NCBI GenBank assembly: GCA_963805855.1
Contig: CAWDVW010000005.1
Coordinates: forward strand, 320,001 to 384,000
Direction: 5' to 3'
Source: Candidatus Dadabacteria bacterium
Lineage (GTDB): Bacteria; Desulfobacterota_D; UBA1144; Nemesobacterales; CSP1-2
Length of the DNA: 64,000 nt
Part shown: positions 21,426 to 31,505 of the stretch, in pieces
Position numbering within the stretch: the first letter of the stretch is position 1
Layout of the letters: every line of letters begins with the position of its first letter
Position numbers and translations under genes: made by a program
Notes under the pieces: generated by a model
Databases searched by the model: none
What the model was told of the DNA's origin: nothing
Seen by the model: only the letters and a program-made list of their open reading frames with translations

Positions 21426-21974
21426 TCACTCACTAATTTCATCCCAATCCTTCCAAGCTTGTTCCATATCTTTATATGCCATGCAGTCATCGAGGTAAGA
21501 TTCGGGACAATCATCCCAAAGCTTGAATCTCTCAAATAAGGCTTTGATTTTCGGCTTTACTAAAGAAGGTTCGAAGTCGAGATAATTATTCGCTACTGCA
21601 CCGAGCGGAAAAAAAAGTTTGTAGAAAATCACTTGCTTTGGTTCTAATTCGGAGCGAGAAATAAAACCTGTTCGGACAAACCCGAAACCCAGTCCAAAGG
21701 AATGGGCATTGTCTCCAGGAAGCCCAACTTTTTCGGCCGCACTTGATACTAGGATTGTAAAAACCGAAAAAGCTTCCGGCGATGCATAACCATGTTTTGG
21801 AAAACTTTCGTACATTCTAAGTGTCTTTCCTATCAGAGCCTCTTCTTCCCCCCTTACCCATGAGGAATTCATAAGGTCCTCCAATTTGAATTCACCGATG
21901 TCGCCACAGTCATCAAAATAGAGTCTTAAAGTGTCCCATTCTTTTCTTAGTATTTGCTTGGATAATCCGATCAT
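21426..21974 (-). CDS. Hypothetical protein
   Basis: 182-aa ORF with a strong SD (AAGGAGG). No family recognised. Confidence 0.7.
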   Translation of the reverse strand: MIGLSKQILRKEWDTLRLYFDDCGDIGEFKLEDLMNSSWVRGEEEALIGKTLRMYESFPKHGYASPEAFSVFTILVSSAAEKVGLPGDNAHSFGLGFGFVRTGFISRSELEPKQVIFYKLFFPLGAVANNYLDFEPSLVKPKIKALFERFKLWDDCPESYLDDCMAYKDMEQAWKDWDEISE

Positions 21975-22367
21975 TTAAGTCCCTCCTTGTATAGATTGGT
22001 TCCAAAAAAGTTTGATTTAATATATGGGCCGGCAAATTTTATGCCGGAAAAGGTGTGAACCGCTTTTAAGTTCCTACATAGACAATAGTATAACGTGCTA
22101 TATTAATAATAAAAGCCCTAAATTTGATTATTTTCCCTTAATTAGTCTAGGAATTGACAATCACGCGCTAGGCAATTAATTAAATATTCTATGCACTTAT
22201 AACAAATCCTCCCTATTCTGAGAAAATGCAAAAACTGCCTTCAAAACACGCGCAGTTGCCTAATTCTCCAGCATTCATAGTATCCATCAACAGGTGACAT
22301 CTGTCACCGGCTTATCGCTAATAATACGCGTATCGAGACCTGATCAATTGTGCCCATTAGCGCAAGA

Positions 22368-23759
22368 TCATCTCATCGCCAGCGCGGCCACCAGTGCCGC
22401 GAGCTTGTTTGTATATCTGACGAGGTCGTCACAGTTTTCCTCATCGCGGTAGCACAATCCCTGATCCTGCGAGGCGAAGTCTTCAGCAAATTTCAAAACC
22501 AGTTCCGGGTACCCGGTGTCCTGGAGGTGCCGCCGCATTTCATTATTCGTCTGATAAGCATAGAGGAGATAACGCATATACACTCCGATGCCGGTATTGT
22601 AATCGTTGTCATCACCGTCTGGAGAACTTCCGATGTTGGGACCTCCGATGGGGTCCACGTGGGGATTCCTCACGTTGCTCCACGGAAAAAACCGGGTGCC
22701 ATCAGAAAGATACTCCTGCACACCATCGGTGATTCTTTTCGCCAGGTTGAGTATGGCCTGCCGGTGGGCTGGGACAGCATCGGTGAACCTCAGCAATCCC
22801 CCCAGGATGAGACCTTGATCGCCCGCCCAGGCTAGATCACTTGAGAAGTCATCGTCCTGCTCGCCGTTGGCGTAGGTGCTTACCCTTTCCCGTACTACCG
22901 CCGGGCCATCCGGATCGGGACCCAAGGGATACAGAAGGGAATTGCTGGTATCACCCGGGAAGTTGAACCAGTTGTTCAGAAAATCCCACTCTCGCATCGC
23001 GGCTTGCTCGGAAAACTGATCCCCGGTGTCTGCTGCCCGCATCGCCGCCGCAACCAAATAAAGCCCGTTGGTGACGGTGTTTTGACGCCCGCAGAAGAAC
23101 TTGGTGTCAGGGGCACACGGGGTTTTGCACATGGTCGGAACACTCTCTGTTGTCCAAAAATAATTCCAGATTCCGCCGTCAAAATATGGCTCAAATTCAT
23201 TGAAAATTTCCGGCGCAAGGTCCCATACGAAGACGCCAGCCTGCATAGTAGTCCAGGTCTGGACGGCAATCGCCTCAAATTGGCGAATCTGATCTTCGGA
23301 CCAGAGGTCGGGATGCTCGAGGGCTCTTTGCGCCGCCACGGCCCACCAACCGAAGTCGTCGTACCAACATGGCGAGGGGGTATGCACGGTGGCAGCATAC
23401 TTTAAGATGACTGCATCCGCGAGGGCCCTTGCCTTTGAGGGATTCATGATGAGGTAGTCAATAACCGTGTCGAAGGCATTCCCCAGCTGCCAATAGTTAC
23501 ATTCGGTGGCGTTGGAATCCACGACACAGCTCCCACTAGATGGTATCCGTTCGAAGATGTGGAGAATCTTTTCATATGCATCGTCGGCTGCGCTCAGAAG
23601 ATTTGCTGGTGCAGGTCCGCCTGGTAGTGGTACCCCTACATCATCTCCGTTACTTTGTCCACCTGCGCCCCCGTCTTCACATCCACTTATAGTGGCTAAA
23701 GTTACAAATATTACCAAGGCAAAAACACAAAAGCCTCTAATCCACATATTAGTTAACAT
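22368..23759 (-). CDS. Glycoside hydrolase family 76-like lipoprotein
   Basis: Lipobox ISGC, WYDDFGWW (DD dyad), GGIW and NTVTNGLY, which are GH76 (alpha/alpha)6 motifs. GC-richer than the backbone. Confidence 0.75.
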   Translation of the reverse strand: MLTNMWIRGFCVFALVIFVTLATISGCEDGGAGGQSNGDDVGVPLPGGPAPANLLSAADDAYEKILHIFERIPSSGSCVVDSNATECNYWQLGNAFDTVIDYLIMNPSKARALADAVILKYAATVHTPSPCWYDDFGWWAVAAQRALEHPDLWSEDQIRQFEAIAVQTWTTMQAGVFVWDLAPEIFNEFEPYFDGGIWNYFWTTESVPTMCKTPCAPDTKFFCGRQNTVTNGLYLVAAAMRAADTGDQFSEQAAMREWDFLNNWFNFPGDTSNSLLYPLGPDPDGPAVVRERVSTYANGEQDDDFSSDLAWAGDQGLILGGLLRFTDAVPAHRQAILNLAKRITDGVQEYLSDGTRFFPWSNVRNPHVDPIGGPNIGSSPDGDDNDYNTGIGVYMRYLLYAYQTNNEMRRHLQDTGYPELVLKFAEDFASQDQGLCYRDEENCDDLVRYTNKLAALVAALAMR

Positions 23760-24027
23760 GTTTAACGCTCCTCACATCAATCTTTTTTACTTCAATTCCT
23801 TCGGTTACAACTAAACTTCAAAATCGCATATCAGAAAAGATGTATCGGCACCCCCGTCTCTATATTTCGAATCACCGAATCCGCTAAAAAATCCTACAGG
23901 TAGCAACATCGCCCAGATTATCACTACGTGCACGAAATATCAAAAAAAGGATTAAATAACGCATTTTTAAATCAGCAGGTCACAGGCACCAATTAATGTA
24001 AATCTATATAACAATCATTTTAACAAA

Positions 24028-24384
24028 TTAGCTGGTGACGTCCGGCCGATCAAAACAAGTGTCTGTCACCCCTTTTTTGCGGTAACCCCATGGTCTCAAA
24101 CTCTCTATCACAATATCGTAGCCGTTTTTGACCAGTCCCTTGAAAATTTCCTTTCCCTCTTCTGTTTTTAGGTTAAGCTTTATACTCTTTTTATTCCGGT
24201 TTAGTGCACTAAAGTAGACACCATTTCCTCCAATAGTCGGCGCAATCCAAGGGGAGTAATCCCCCATCTGCGTATCTTCTACCTTCAGGATCTCAGCTCC
24301 AAGGTCTGCGAGAATTAGGGTGGCGTACCCGCCAGGAATAAGTCTCGTTAAATCTAAAACCTTCAAATCTTCGAGTGGAAGCAT
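24028..24384 (-). pseudogene. Truncated CaiB/BaiF family CoA-transferase
   Basis: LKVLDLTRLIPG...LADLGAEILKVE...NRNKKSI...IESLRP, after which similarity is lost near 24090. Only 118 aa, whereas family members are typically about 400 aa. Confidence 0.85.
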
Positions 24385-24939
24385 TAATCTCCTCCTCCGG
24401 TAGAGTCAAAGAAGTAGGCTTTGTCGCTAAGTTCTTCGAAACAAGGGCGGTCGGTCCTGAACCTGATATCAAAATGCGTTATTCCTTTTATTGCAAATTT
24501 TATATTTGTTGGATTTTCTAATCTTTTCGGCAGAATGTAAAGTTCAGGAGAGACCCCGCAAATTTTATTCCTAATTTCGTATATTTTCATGTATTCGCAT
24601 CATTATCGCACTTGCTCAGCTCTTTTGTCAATACAAAAGCATCTTACACCTCCGGGAGGTCCTGACCTCCCAGAGGTCTTTGCTTTTTATCCAAGCAACC
24701 TAATTCTTCAAGAGATAGTCAGGGGATCGCCACAGGGCTTTGCCGTTAGCCATGACGTTATGGATTCCCGATAACGCTTGTCCTCGACATCCACCCGATG
24801 AATTCATTCGACTCAGGCTTGACCAGGGAATCCTCGGCCACGACCATAGTTGGAGGATTATGGCTATTATCATCGGGTCATACATGGGATCCTAATTTTA
24901 TAACAAGACAATCATGGCCCATGTCACCCGTACGTCACC

Positions 24940-26442
24940 TCAGAGAACGATGGTCTCTGCAAATCTCGGCAGGTGCCTCACCTGCGTCGCCCGCTCAAAG
25001 GCGTAGGCGTAAGCGATTAACTTTCCCTCCTGATAGGGTCCTGCGAAAAATGACAATCCGACGGGAAGCCCATGAACATACCCTGCCGGAACCGTGATGT
25101 GCGGGTAGCCTGCCACCGCAGGAGGAGTTGAACAGCCACCCCTCAGGATGTTATCACCCACGACCGGATCAATCACGAATGGAGGCGATCCCTCGGTGGG
25201 GGCAATTATGGCATCGAGCTTGTGTTCGCTCAGCGCTTTGTCGATTCCGTCTGTACGGGCAAGACGGCGGAGCTCGTCTTTTACCTTAAGGTATGACTCC
25301 TCGGTTAAATCGCCCTTTGTCTGGGCCATTTCAAAGAATTCCTGCTGGAAGTACGGCATGACCTGTGAGGCATGTTCCCTATTGAACCGGATTAATTCCT
25401 CAAGGCTCCTGACTCTGGCTCTCGGATGCTCGACCAGATAACGATTCAAACTAGCCTTGAGACCATAGCGGAATAGTTCTAGTTCTAATTCTCCGAAAAA
25501 GGGCAACGAACTCGACCGGACGGGATCTACTATCTTCGCCCCTAGAGCCTCGAGCTCGCGGATTGCATCCTCGATCACCGCATCGGTCTCTTCATGCTGC
25601 CCAAAGCACTCGCGGGCAACTCCTAACCGAGCTCCGTTAAGGGCTCCCGGGTCAAGAAAAGTGCGATAGTCCTTTGCTTTGCGATTGGTAGTTTCACGCG
25701 TTGCGGGGTCTTTTGGGTCGTAACCAGCCAGTACGCTCAGAACCGTGGCCACATCCGCAACGCAGCGCGCCATAGGGCCAGCGGTGTCCTGCGGAGCTGC
25801 GACCCCAATGATACCCCGGCGACTCACGAGTCCAACGCTTGGCTTGAGTCCAACGATGCTGTTGCTCGATGCAGGCCGGACGATAGATCCGTCTACTTCA
25901 GCGCCAATAGCCACCGAGCAAAAATTGGCTGCAACTGCGACTGCTGAGCCAGAACTTGAACCAAGCGGGCTGCGATCCAGAACATACGGATTACGCGTCT
26001 GTCCGCCACGGCTGCTCCAACCGCTACAAGCTCGGGTGGAACGCATGTAGCCCCACTCACTCATATTCGTCTTTCCCAGAATGACTGCGCCCGCTTCTCG
26101 CAGTTTCTCGATGATGAAGGCATCACGCGGGGCGATGTTGCCTTCCATAGCCAGGGAGCCCGCCGTCGTCATCATCTTATCCGCGGTGTCGATGCTATCC
26201 TTCACAAGCACAGCAACACCATGCATGGGACCGCGAGGACCACTAGTTTGACGCTCCTTATCGAGCGCGTGAGCGATTTCCAAGGCATCGGGATTCAACT
26301 CGATCACCGAGCATAGCCTTGGGCCTGACGCATCGAACTCCGAGATTCGTTTCATGAAGACCTCGCAGAGACCGACAGAATTCCACTCGCCGTGATCAAA
26401 CAGTCCCTGAAGCTCCGCGATCGTATATTCATTCAGCTCCAT
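24940..26442 (-). CDS. Amidase-signature family amidase
   Basis: VKDSI, GKTNMSEW, GSSSGSA and GAEVDGSIVRPAS (Ser-cisSer-Lys triad). Confidence 0.93.
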   Translation of the reverse strand: MELNEYTIAELQGLFDHGEWNSVGLCEVFMKRISEFDASGPRLCSVIELNPDALEIAHALDKERQTSGPRGPMHGVAVLVKDSIDTADKMMTTAGSLAMEGNIAPRDAFIIEKLREAGAVILGKTNMSEWGYMRSTRACSGWSSRGGQTRNPYVLDRSPLGSSSGSAVAVAANFCSVAIGAEVDGSIVRPASSNSIVGLKPSVGLVSRRGIIGVAAPQDTAGPMARCVADVATVLSVLAGYDPKDPATRETTNRKAKDYRTFLDPGALNGARLGVARECFGQHEETDAVIEDAIRELEALGAKIVDPVRSSSLPFFGELELELFRYGLKASLNRYLVEHPRARVRSLEELIRFNREHASQVMPYFQQEFFEMAQTKGDLTEESYLKVKDELRRLARTDGIDKALSEHKLDAIIAPTEGSPPFVIDPVVGDNILRGGCSTPPAVAGYPHITVPAGYVHGLPVGLSFFAGPYQEGKLIAYAYAFERATQVRHLPRFAETIVL

Positions 26443-26721
26443 GATAATTCCTCTTCTACAGGGTCTTTGGAGGGATTATTACTCCAAATTAAAGGAGACG
26501 CAACCTCTCGAGGTCTTCGCTTTCTCAGGAGGTCGCCGCAGTGGAGTTTATACCGAGTAGATCGAAGGACGATGAGAACAAAAAAGGAGATTGCTTCACA
26601 CGAGCTCGCAATGACCCTTCTAGGGAGTTGGAACTACGTTCTGGGGCTCGCCATGACTTCCCACCTGATGGCATAATATAGCGGGTATTGGTATCATTTT
26701 ATGTTGCAATAGAAGATAGAA

Positions 26722-27363
26722 ATGAAAATAAGCGAGATATTTTATTCAATTCAGGGTGAGGGAATCGAAATCGGACTCCCTACCGTGTTTGTCCGCCTAT
26801 TCGCATGTGACCTGAGATGTGAATGGTGCGATTCCATGTATGCAGTGGAAGGGAGGGATTTTAAGGAAATGTCAATAGAAGACGTACGGAATATAATTGC
26901 AACATATAATTGTAAGAGGATTTGTATCACAGGGGGAGAGCCCCTATTGCATGGAACAGAATTAGAAGAACTCGCAAACGATTTAGTAAGGAATGAATAC
27001 AAGATCTTACTGGAGACAAGCGGTCATAAGGATCCTCCACCCATTTTTTGGACCGACAATTGCGTCATCAGTATGGATTGCAAGTGTCCAAGTTCAAAAA
27101 TGCAAGATAGGATGGATTTCAGGCTCTTCGAAAAGCTGCGCCCAAAGGATCAGCTAAAATTCGTCATCAATGACGAAGTGGACTACGAATATGCGAAATC
27201 TATTCTAAAAAGCCATAAGATCGAAGCCAGCATTATTTTTCAACCTGTCCATGGTACAAACCTTAAGTGGCTGACAGAAAAGATAATCGAAGACAAGCTT
27301 GAAGATATAAGAATCCTGCCACAACTCCATAAGATGATCTGGGGAGAAAAAAGAGGGGTATGA
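26722..27363 (+). CDS. queE: 7-carboxy-7-deazaguanine synthase (radical SAM)
   Basis: EIFYSIQGEG, CDLRCEWCD, ITGGEP and PQLHK. Confidence 0.95.
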   Translation: MKISEIFYSIQGEGIEIGLPTVFVRLFACDLRCEWCDSMYAVEGRDFKEMSIEDVRNIIATYNCKRICITGGEPLLHGTELEELANDLVRNEYKILLETSGHKDPPPIFWTDNCVISMDCKCPSSKMQDRMDFRLFEKLRPKDQLKFVINDEVDYEYAKSILKSHKIEASIIFQPVHGTNLKWLTEKIIEDKLEDIRILPQLHKMIWGEKRGV

Positions 27364-27483
27364 GAATCTATTAATAAGGTTTAAAACTGATCAATTTTTG
27401 GGTTAAATTATTAGAGGACAATAATTAAAGGCATTAATCGATTGGATTCTTATGCTGAAAAACTAATGTCCCCATAATCCAAG

Positions 27484-28686
27484 ATGCAGAACGTAAACAA
27501 TACTTATCGACACAATCTTAAGGATAAAAAAAACCGTCATTTTAACGTGGCCATATATGACTCAATCAAGCAGATCGATAAAAATCAATACAATCTAATT
27601 GTAGATCCCGAAAATCCCTTTCTCGAATATGAATTTGTTGAAGCCCTGGAAATTTCCGGTTGTGTCGGCAACGATACGAGCTGGATACCAAGACATATAG
27701 TTCTATACGATAACGAAAAGATTGTAAGCGCCTTGACGTTCTATATGAGGTTCGATTCCTACGGTGAATACATCTTTGATTGGGAGTGGGCACAAGCCTT
27801 CGAGAATGCAGGCCTGCAATATTTTCCCAAGGCGGTGGTGGCAATACCATTTACGCCCGCTAATGGAACGCGCATTCTTGTAGCCCCAGACTACCCGTTT
27901 GAGGAAATAGCTCTCGTTATGGTTAATTGCCTGACTGAATTCTGTGAGAAAGAGCATATCTCGTCTATTCATTTTCTTTTCTTGACCGAGAAGGAGCAAA
28001 TGTTTCTAGAAAAGCTCGGTTTTTTGACCAGGAAAACCCATCAATATCATTGGAAAAATAGAGCATACAACTCTTTTGACGACTTCCTGGACGATTTGCG
28101 CTCAAACAGGAAAAAGCAGATTCGAAAAGAAAGAAGGCAGCTTCGAGAACTTGGTTTGAACATATCGATTATCGAAAAAGACGACATTAAAAGACAGCAC
28201 ATAGACGCAATATGGGAATTTTATTTGGATACAACCTCCAGAAAATGGGGTAGGCCTTATCTGAACAGGCAATTTTTCAATTTAATTTTTGCAAACTTCA
28301 GGCATAGATCGGTTCTGGTTTTGGCGGAGGATAAAGACAAAATGGTCGGTGGTACCTTTAACGTTGTTAAAAACAATAGACTCTTCGGGCGCTACTGGGG
28401 GTCCGTCAGGGATTATAAAAATCTCCATTTCGAATGCTGCTACTATAAGTTGATAGACTATTCAATAGCGAATAAAATTGATATATTTGAAGCCGGTGCA
28501 CAGGGCGAGCATAAATTTCTGAGAGGATTTGTTGCTGTGCCGACCTACAGTTCTCATTTCATCATAAATCGTGAGGCCAGTGAAGCTATTGAAAAATATT
28601 TGAGTAATGAGCGAAATTATATGACAAGATTGATAGACGATTACAACAGGATTTCACCTTTAAAATACTTGCATGAACAAACATAA
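27484..28686 (+). CDS. GNAT / FemAB-like protein (DUF482 family)
   Basis: SYGEYIFDWEWA, AIPFTPA, YHWKN, GRYWG, LHFECCYY and GAQGEHK. Confidence 0.88.
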   Translation: MQNVNNTYRHNLKDKKNRHFNVAIYDSIKQIDKNQYNLIVDPENPFLEYEFVEALEISGCVGNDTSWIPRHIVLYDNEKIVSALTFYMRFDSYGEYIFDWEWAQAFENAGLQYFPKAVVAIPFTPANGTRILVAPDYPFEEIALVMVNCLTEFCEKEHISSIHFLFLTEKEQMFLEKLGFLTRKTHQYHWKNRAYNSFDDFLDDLRSNRKKQIRKERRQLRELGLNISIIEKDDIKRQHIDAIWEFYLDTTSRKWGRPYLNRQFFNLIFANFRHRSVLVLAEDKDKMVGGTFNVVKNNRLFGRYWGSVRDYKNLHFECCYYKLIDYSIANKIDIFEAGAQGEHKFLRGFVAVPTYSSHFIINREASEAIEKYLSNERNYMTRLIDDYNRISPLKYLHEQT

Positions 28687-28716
28687 ATAATAATAATTAA
28701 ACCTAGGAACCAGATC

Positions 28717-29058
28717 ATGTCTGACGAGAAATTAAATATTGAAGATCTTGAGGGAGAGCTTCTAACCGAAGAAGTTACCAAATTAAAAAGACCCGATATG
28801 TACAGGATTGTACTATTGAATGATGATTACACGCCCAGAGAGTTTGTCGTATGGGTGCTTATAAAGGTCTTCCATAAGAATGAAGAAGAAGGTACACGAA
28901 TAATGCTTGAAGCACACACAAGAGGAAAAAGTATTATTGGCGTATATACTTATGACATCGCCAGAACAAAGGTGATGCAGGTGGACAATTTAGCGAAACA
29001 ACACGAGCATCCATTAAAGTGTGACATGGAAGTCGAAGAAGGCGGAGAAGAAGAATGA
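28717..29058 (+). CDS. clpS: ATP-dependent Clp protease adaptor ClpS
   Basis: YRIVLLNDDYTP.EFV, MLEAH..G and HPL. Confidence 0.95.
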   Translation: MSDEKLNIEDLEGELLTEEVTKLKRPDMYRIVLLNDDYTPREFVVWVLIKVFHKNEEEGTRIMLEAHTRGKSIIGVYTYDIARTKVMQVDNLAKQHEHPLKCDMEVEEGGEEE

Positions 29059-31304
29059 TTATATCCGAAGAACTCGATAAGACCCTGAATAGGGCATACA
29101 GACATGCAAAGAATAGAAGACATGAGTTTGTAACGTTAGAACACATACTCCTTGCATTAACAGAGGATACCCATGCATTAGGAATCCTGATTGGGTGCGG
29201 AGTTGATGTGGAAGATCTTAAGAGGTCATTAGAAAAATTCATTGATGAGAAAATTTCTCCAATCAAGGGAAATGAAATTCCGGATCCCCAATACTCGCTG
29301 GGAAGCCAGCTAACGTTGCAACTGGCGGCCATGCATGTTCAATCAGCAGGTAAAGAAGAACTCGACAGCAGCAGTGTATTGGTAGCATTGTTCAGGGAAA
29401 AAGAATCTCATGCCGTCTATTTTCTAAATCAGCAAGGCCTGACACGTTACGATGTAGTTCGATTTATATCTCATGGAGACGCCGAGAATTTGGGAGACGA
29501 GAAGTCAGGAGCCTCTGTCGCTGAAAACGAAAAAACCAAAGAGTCCAAACCAAAAGACCCTCTACAGAGATTTTGCACAAATTTGGTGCAAAAGGCTAAA
29601 GACGGGAGAATCGATCCATTAATAGGTCGTGAGACAGAGATTGAACGAACAATTCATATACTGGCCAGAAGAAGAAAAAACAACCCGATATTTGTGGGTG
29701 ATGCCGGAGTCGGTAAGACAGCTATAGCCGAGGGACTTGCGCTTTATATCGTCGAAAACAGAGTCCCAGAGACTTTAAAGGATTTAAACATATATGCGTT
29801 GGATATGGGCTCCCTGACTGCGGGAACCCGCTATAGAGGAGACTTTGAAGAACGCCTAAAGGCGATTATTGACGCAGTCAAAGGTGACACGAATAAAGTA
29901 CTATTCATAGACGAGATCCAGACCGTAATAGGAGCAGGAGCCGTTTCTAGCGGCACGTTGGATGCTTCAAATATGTTGAAGCCCGCCCTTGCGAATGGTG
30001 AGATAAGATGCATAGGCACAACCACATTAAAAGATTATCGGAGTGTTTTTGAAAAAGACCACGCACTGGCTAGAAGATTCCAGAAAATTGACGTCTATGA
30101 GCCCAGCCAGGAAGAGACTATTAAAATTCTAATGGGCTTAAGGAATTATTATGAAAACTTTCACAACGTGAGCTACTCAAATGCCGCCCTTAAGGCCGCA
30201 GTCGAGTTATCAGCCAAGTATTTAAACGATAGACGATTGCCGGATAAGGCAATAGACATCATCGATGAGGCCGGCGCAGAGGTCAAGCTTCGAAACTATA
30301 AGTCAAAACTGAAGCAGGTTACTGTCAAAGATATAGAGTCCCTGGTCTCCAAGATTGCCAAAATACCGTCCAGAACTGTAAGAGTTGACGATCGGCAAAG
30401 ACTGATAACACTCTCGGATGACCTGAAAAAGGTTATATTTGGACAGGATTCCGCGATAGAAAAACTCGTAACCTCAATCCAGATGTCAAGAGCGGGTCTC
30501 AATGAACCACAAAAGCCGGTGGGCTCCTTTATGTTTGCGGGACCAACCGGTGTCGGAAAAACAGAGTCAGCCAAACAATTAGCCTCGTTGCTGGGCATAG
30601 AGTTTATTCGTTTTGACATGAGCGAATACATGGAAAAGCATACCGTTTCACGTCTGATCGGTTCACCACCCGGATATGTAGGCTTCGACCAGGGCGGTCA
30701 ACTTACAGAGGCAGTTAACCAACATCCCCACGCCGTATTGCTACTAGACGAAATTGAAAAGGCTCATGAAGATATTTACAACATATTATTACAGGTGATG
30801 GATCACGCTACGCTAACAGACTCAAATGGAAGAAAGGTCGACTTTAGACAGATAATCCTGATCCTGACGACCAATACCGGATCGAGGGAGAGCAGCAAAA
30901 GAACTACGGGATTTGGAAAGCACGAATACGAAGATAAGAGCGCTGAAGCCATTGATCGATACTTCAGCCCGGAGTTCAGAAACAGGCTAAACGCTATCGT
31001 ACACTTTAATTCACTCGACATGGAAGTCGTAAAGAAGATCGTCGATAAAATCATTGGCCAACTAGCCGAAAGATTAAAACCCAAAAAGGTAAATATTGGA
31101 CTTGAAGAAGGGGCGAGAACCTACCTGGCAGAAAAGGGATACGACTCAAGACTTGGAGCCAGACCAATTCAACGACTCATAGACGCAGAGATTACCGAAA
31201 GACTGTCAAAAGAAATCCTATTTGGGAAGCTGTCAACAGGGGGAAAGGCGCGAATCAAATTAAAAGGCAATAGGTTAAACATCGAAATCGATTCGATTAA
31301 CTAG
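29055..31304 (+). CDS. clpA: ATP-dependent Clp protease ATP-binding subunit ClpA
   Basis: Two AAA modules (GDAGVGKT, GPTGVGKT), RRHEFVTLEH N-domain, and overlap with clpS. Confidence 0.96.
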   Translation: MIISEELDKTLNRAYRHAKNRRHEFVTLEHILLALTEDTHALGILIGCGVDVEDLKRSLEKFIDEKISPIKGNEIPDPQYSLGSQLTLQLAAMHVQSAGKEELDSSSVLVALFREKESHAVYFLNQQGLTRYDVVRFISHGDAENLGDEKSGASVAENEKTKESKPKDPLQRFCTNLVQKAKDGRIDPLIGRETEIERTIHILARRRKNNPIFVGDAGVGKTAIAEGLALYIVENRVPETLKDLNIYALDMGSLTAGTRYRGDFEERLKAIIDAVKGDTNKVLFIDEIQTVIGAGAVSSGTLDASNMLKPALANGEIRCIGTTTLKDYRSVFEKDHALARRFQKIDVYEPSQEETIKILMGLRNYYENFHNVSYSNAALKAAVELSAKYLNDRRLPDKAIDIIDEAGAEVKLRNYKSKLKQVTVKDIESLVSKIAKIPSRTVRVDDRQRLITLSDDLKKVIFGQDSAIEKLVTSIQMSRAGLNEPQKPVGSFMFAGPTGVGKTESAKQLASLLGIEFIRFDMSEYMEKHTVSRLIGSPPGYVGFDQGGQLTEAVNQHPHAVLLLDEIEKAHEDIYNILLQVMDHATLTDSNGRKVDFRQIILILTTNTGSRESSKRTTGFGKHEYEDKSAEAIDRYFSPEFRNRLNAIVHFNSLDMEVVKKIVDKIIGQLAERLKPKKVNIGLEEGARTYLAEKGYDSRLGARPIQRLIDAEITERLSKEILFGKLSTGGKARIKLKGNRLNIEIDSIN

Positions 31305-31505
31305 TCGAAAATACCCATAATAACCGATAGAATTCATCATCCGGTCAGATTTTTTTGCACCTAGAAGCCTTATTTCATCCAATACTGATTTATTCTCCAA
31401 TCCAAATTTCACTTTGATTTGATATTATCCACTAAAAGAAGTATATTTTGACACCTTTTTTTTAGTAGTCGGGTTGGCGTAGAATACTTTAGAGACAGGC
31501 TGCCG

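Noticed and set aside
24384-24590. 68-aa ORF abutting the CoA-transferase start
   Set aside because: It runs through an inverted repeat pair (GCGGTCGGTCCTGAAC / GTTCAGGAGAGACCCCGC) with an AT-rich spacer, has no recognisable domain, and is probably spurious.
12928-26721. Integron cassette array
   Set aside because: No intI, genes lie in both orientations with long spacers, and I found no consistent RYYYAAC...GTTRRRY attC sites.
12253-27363. queC and queE flanking an island as a 7-deazaguanine DNA-modification (dpd) defence system
   Set aside because: No DpdA/TGT-like, DndB-like, helicase or nuclease genes in the interval. Both genes look like ordinary queuosine-pathway enzymes.
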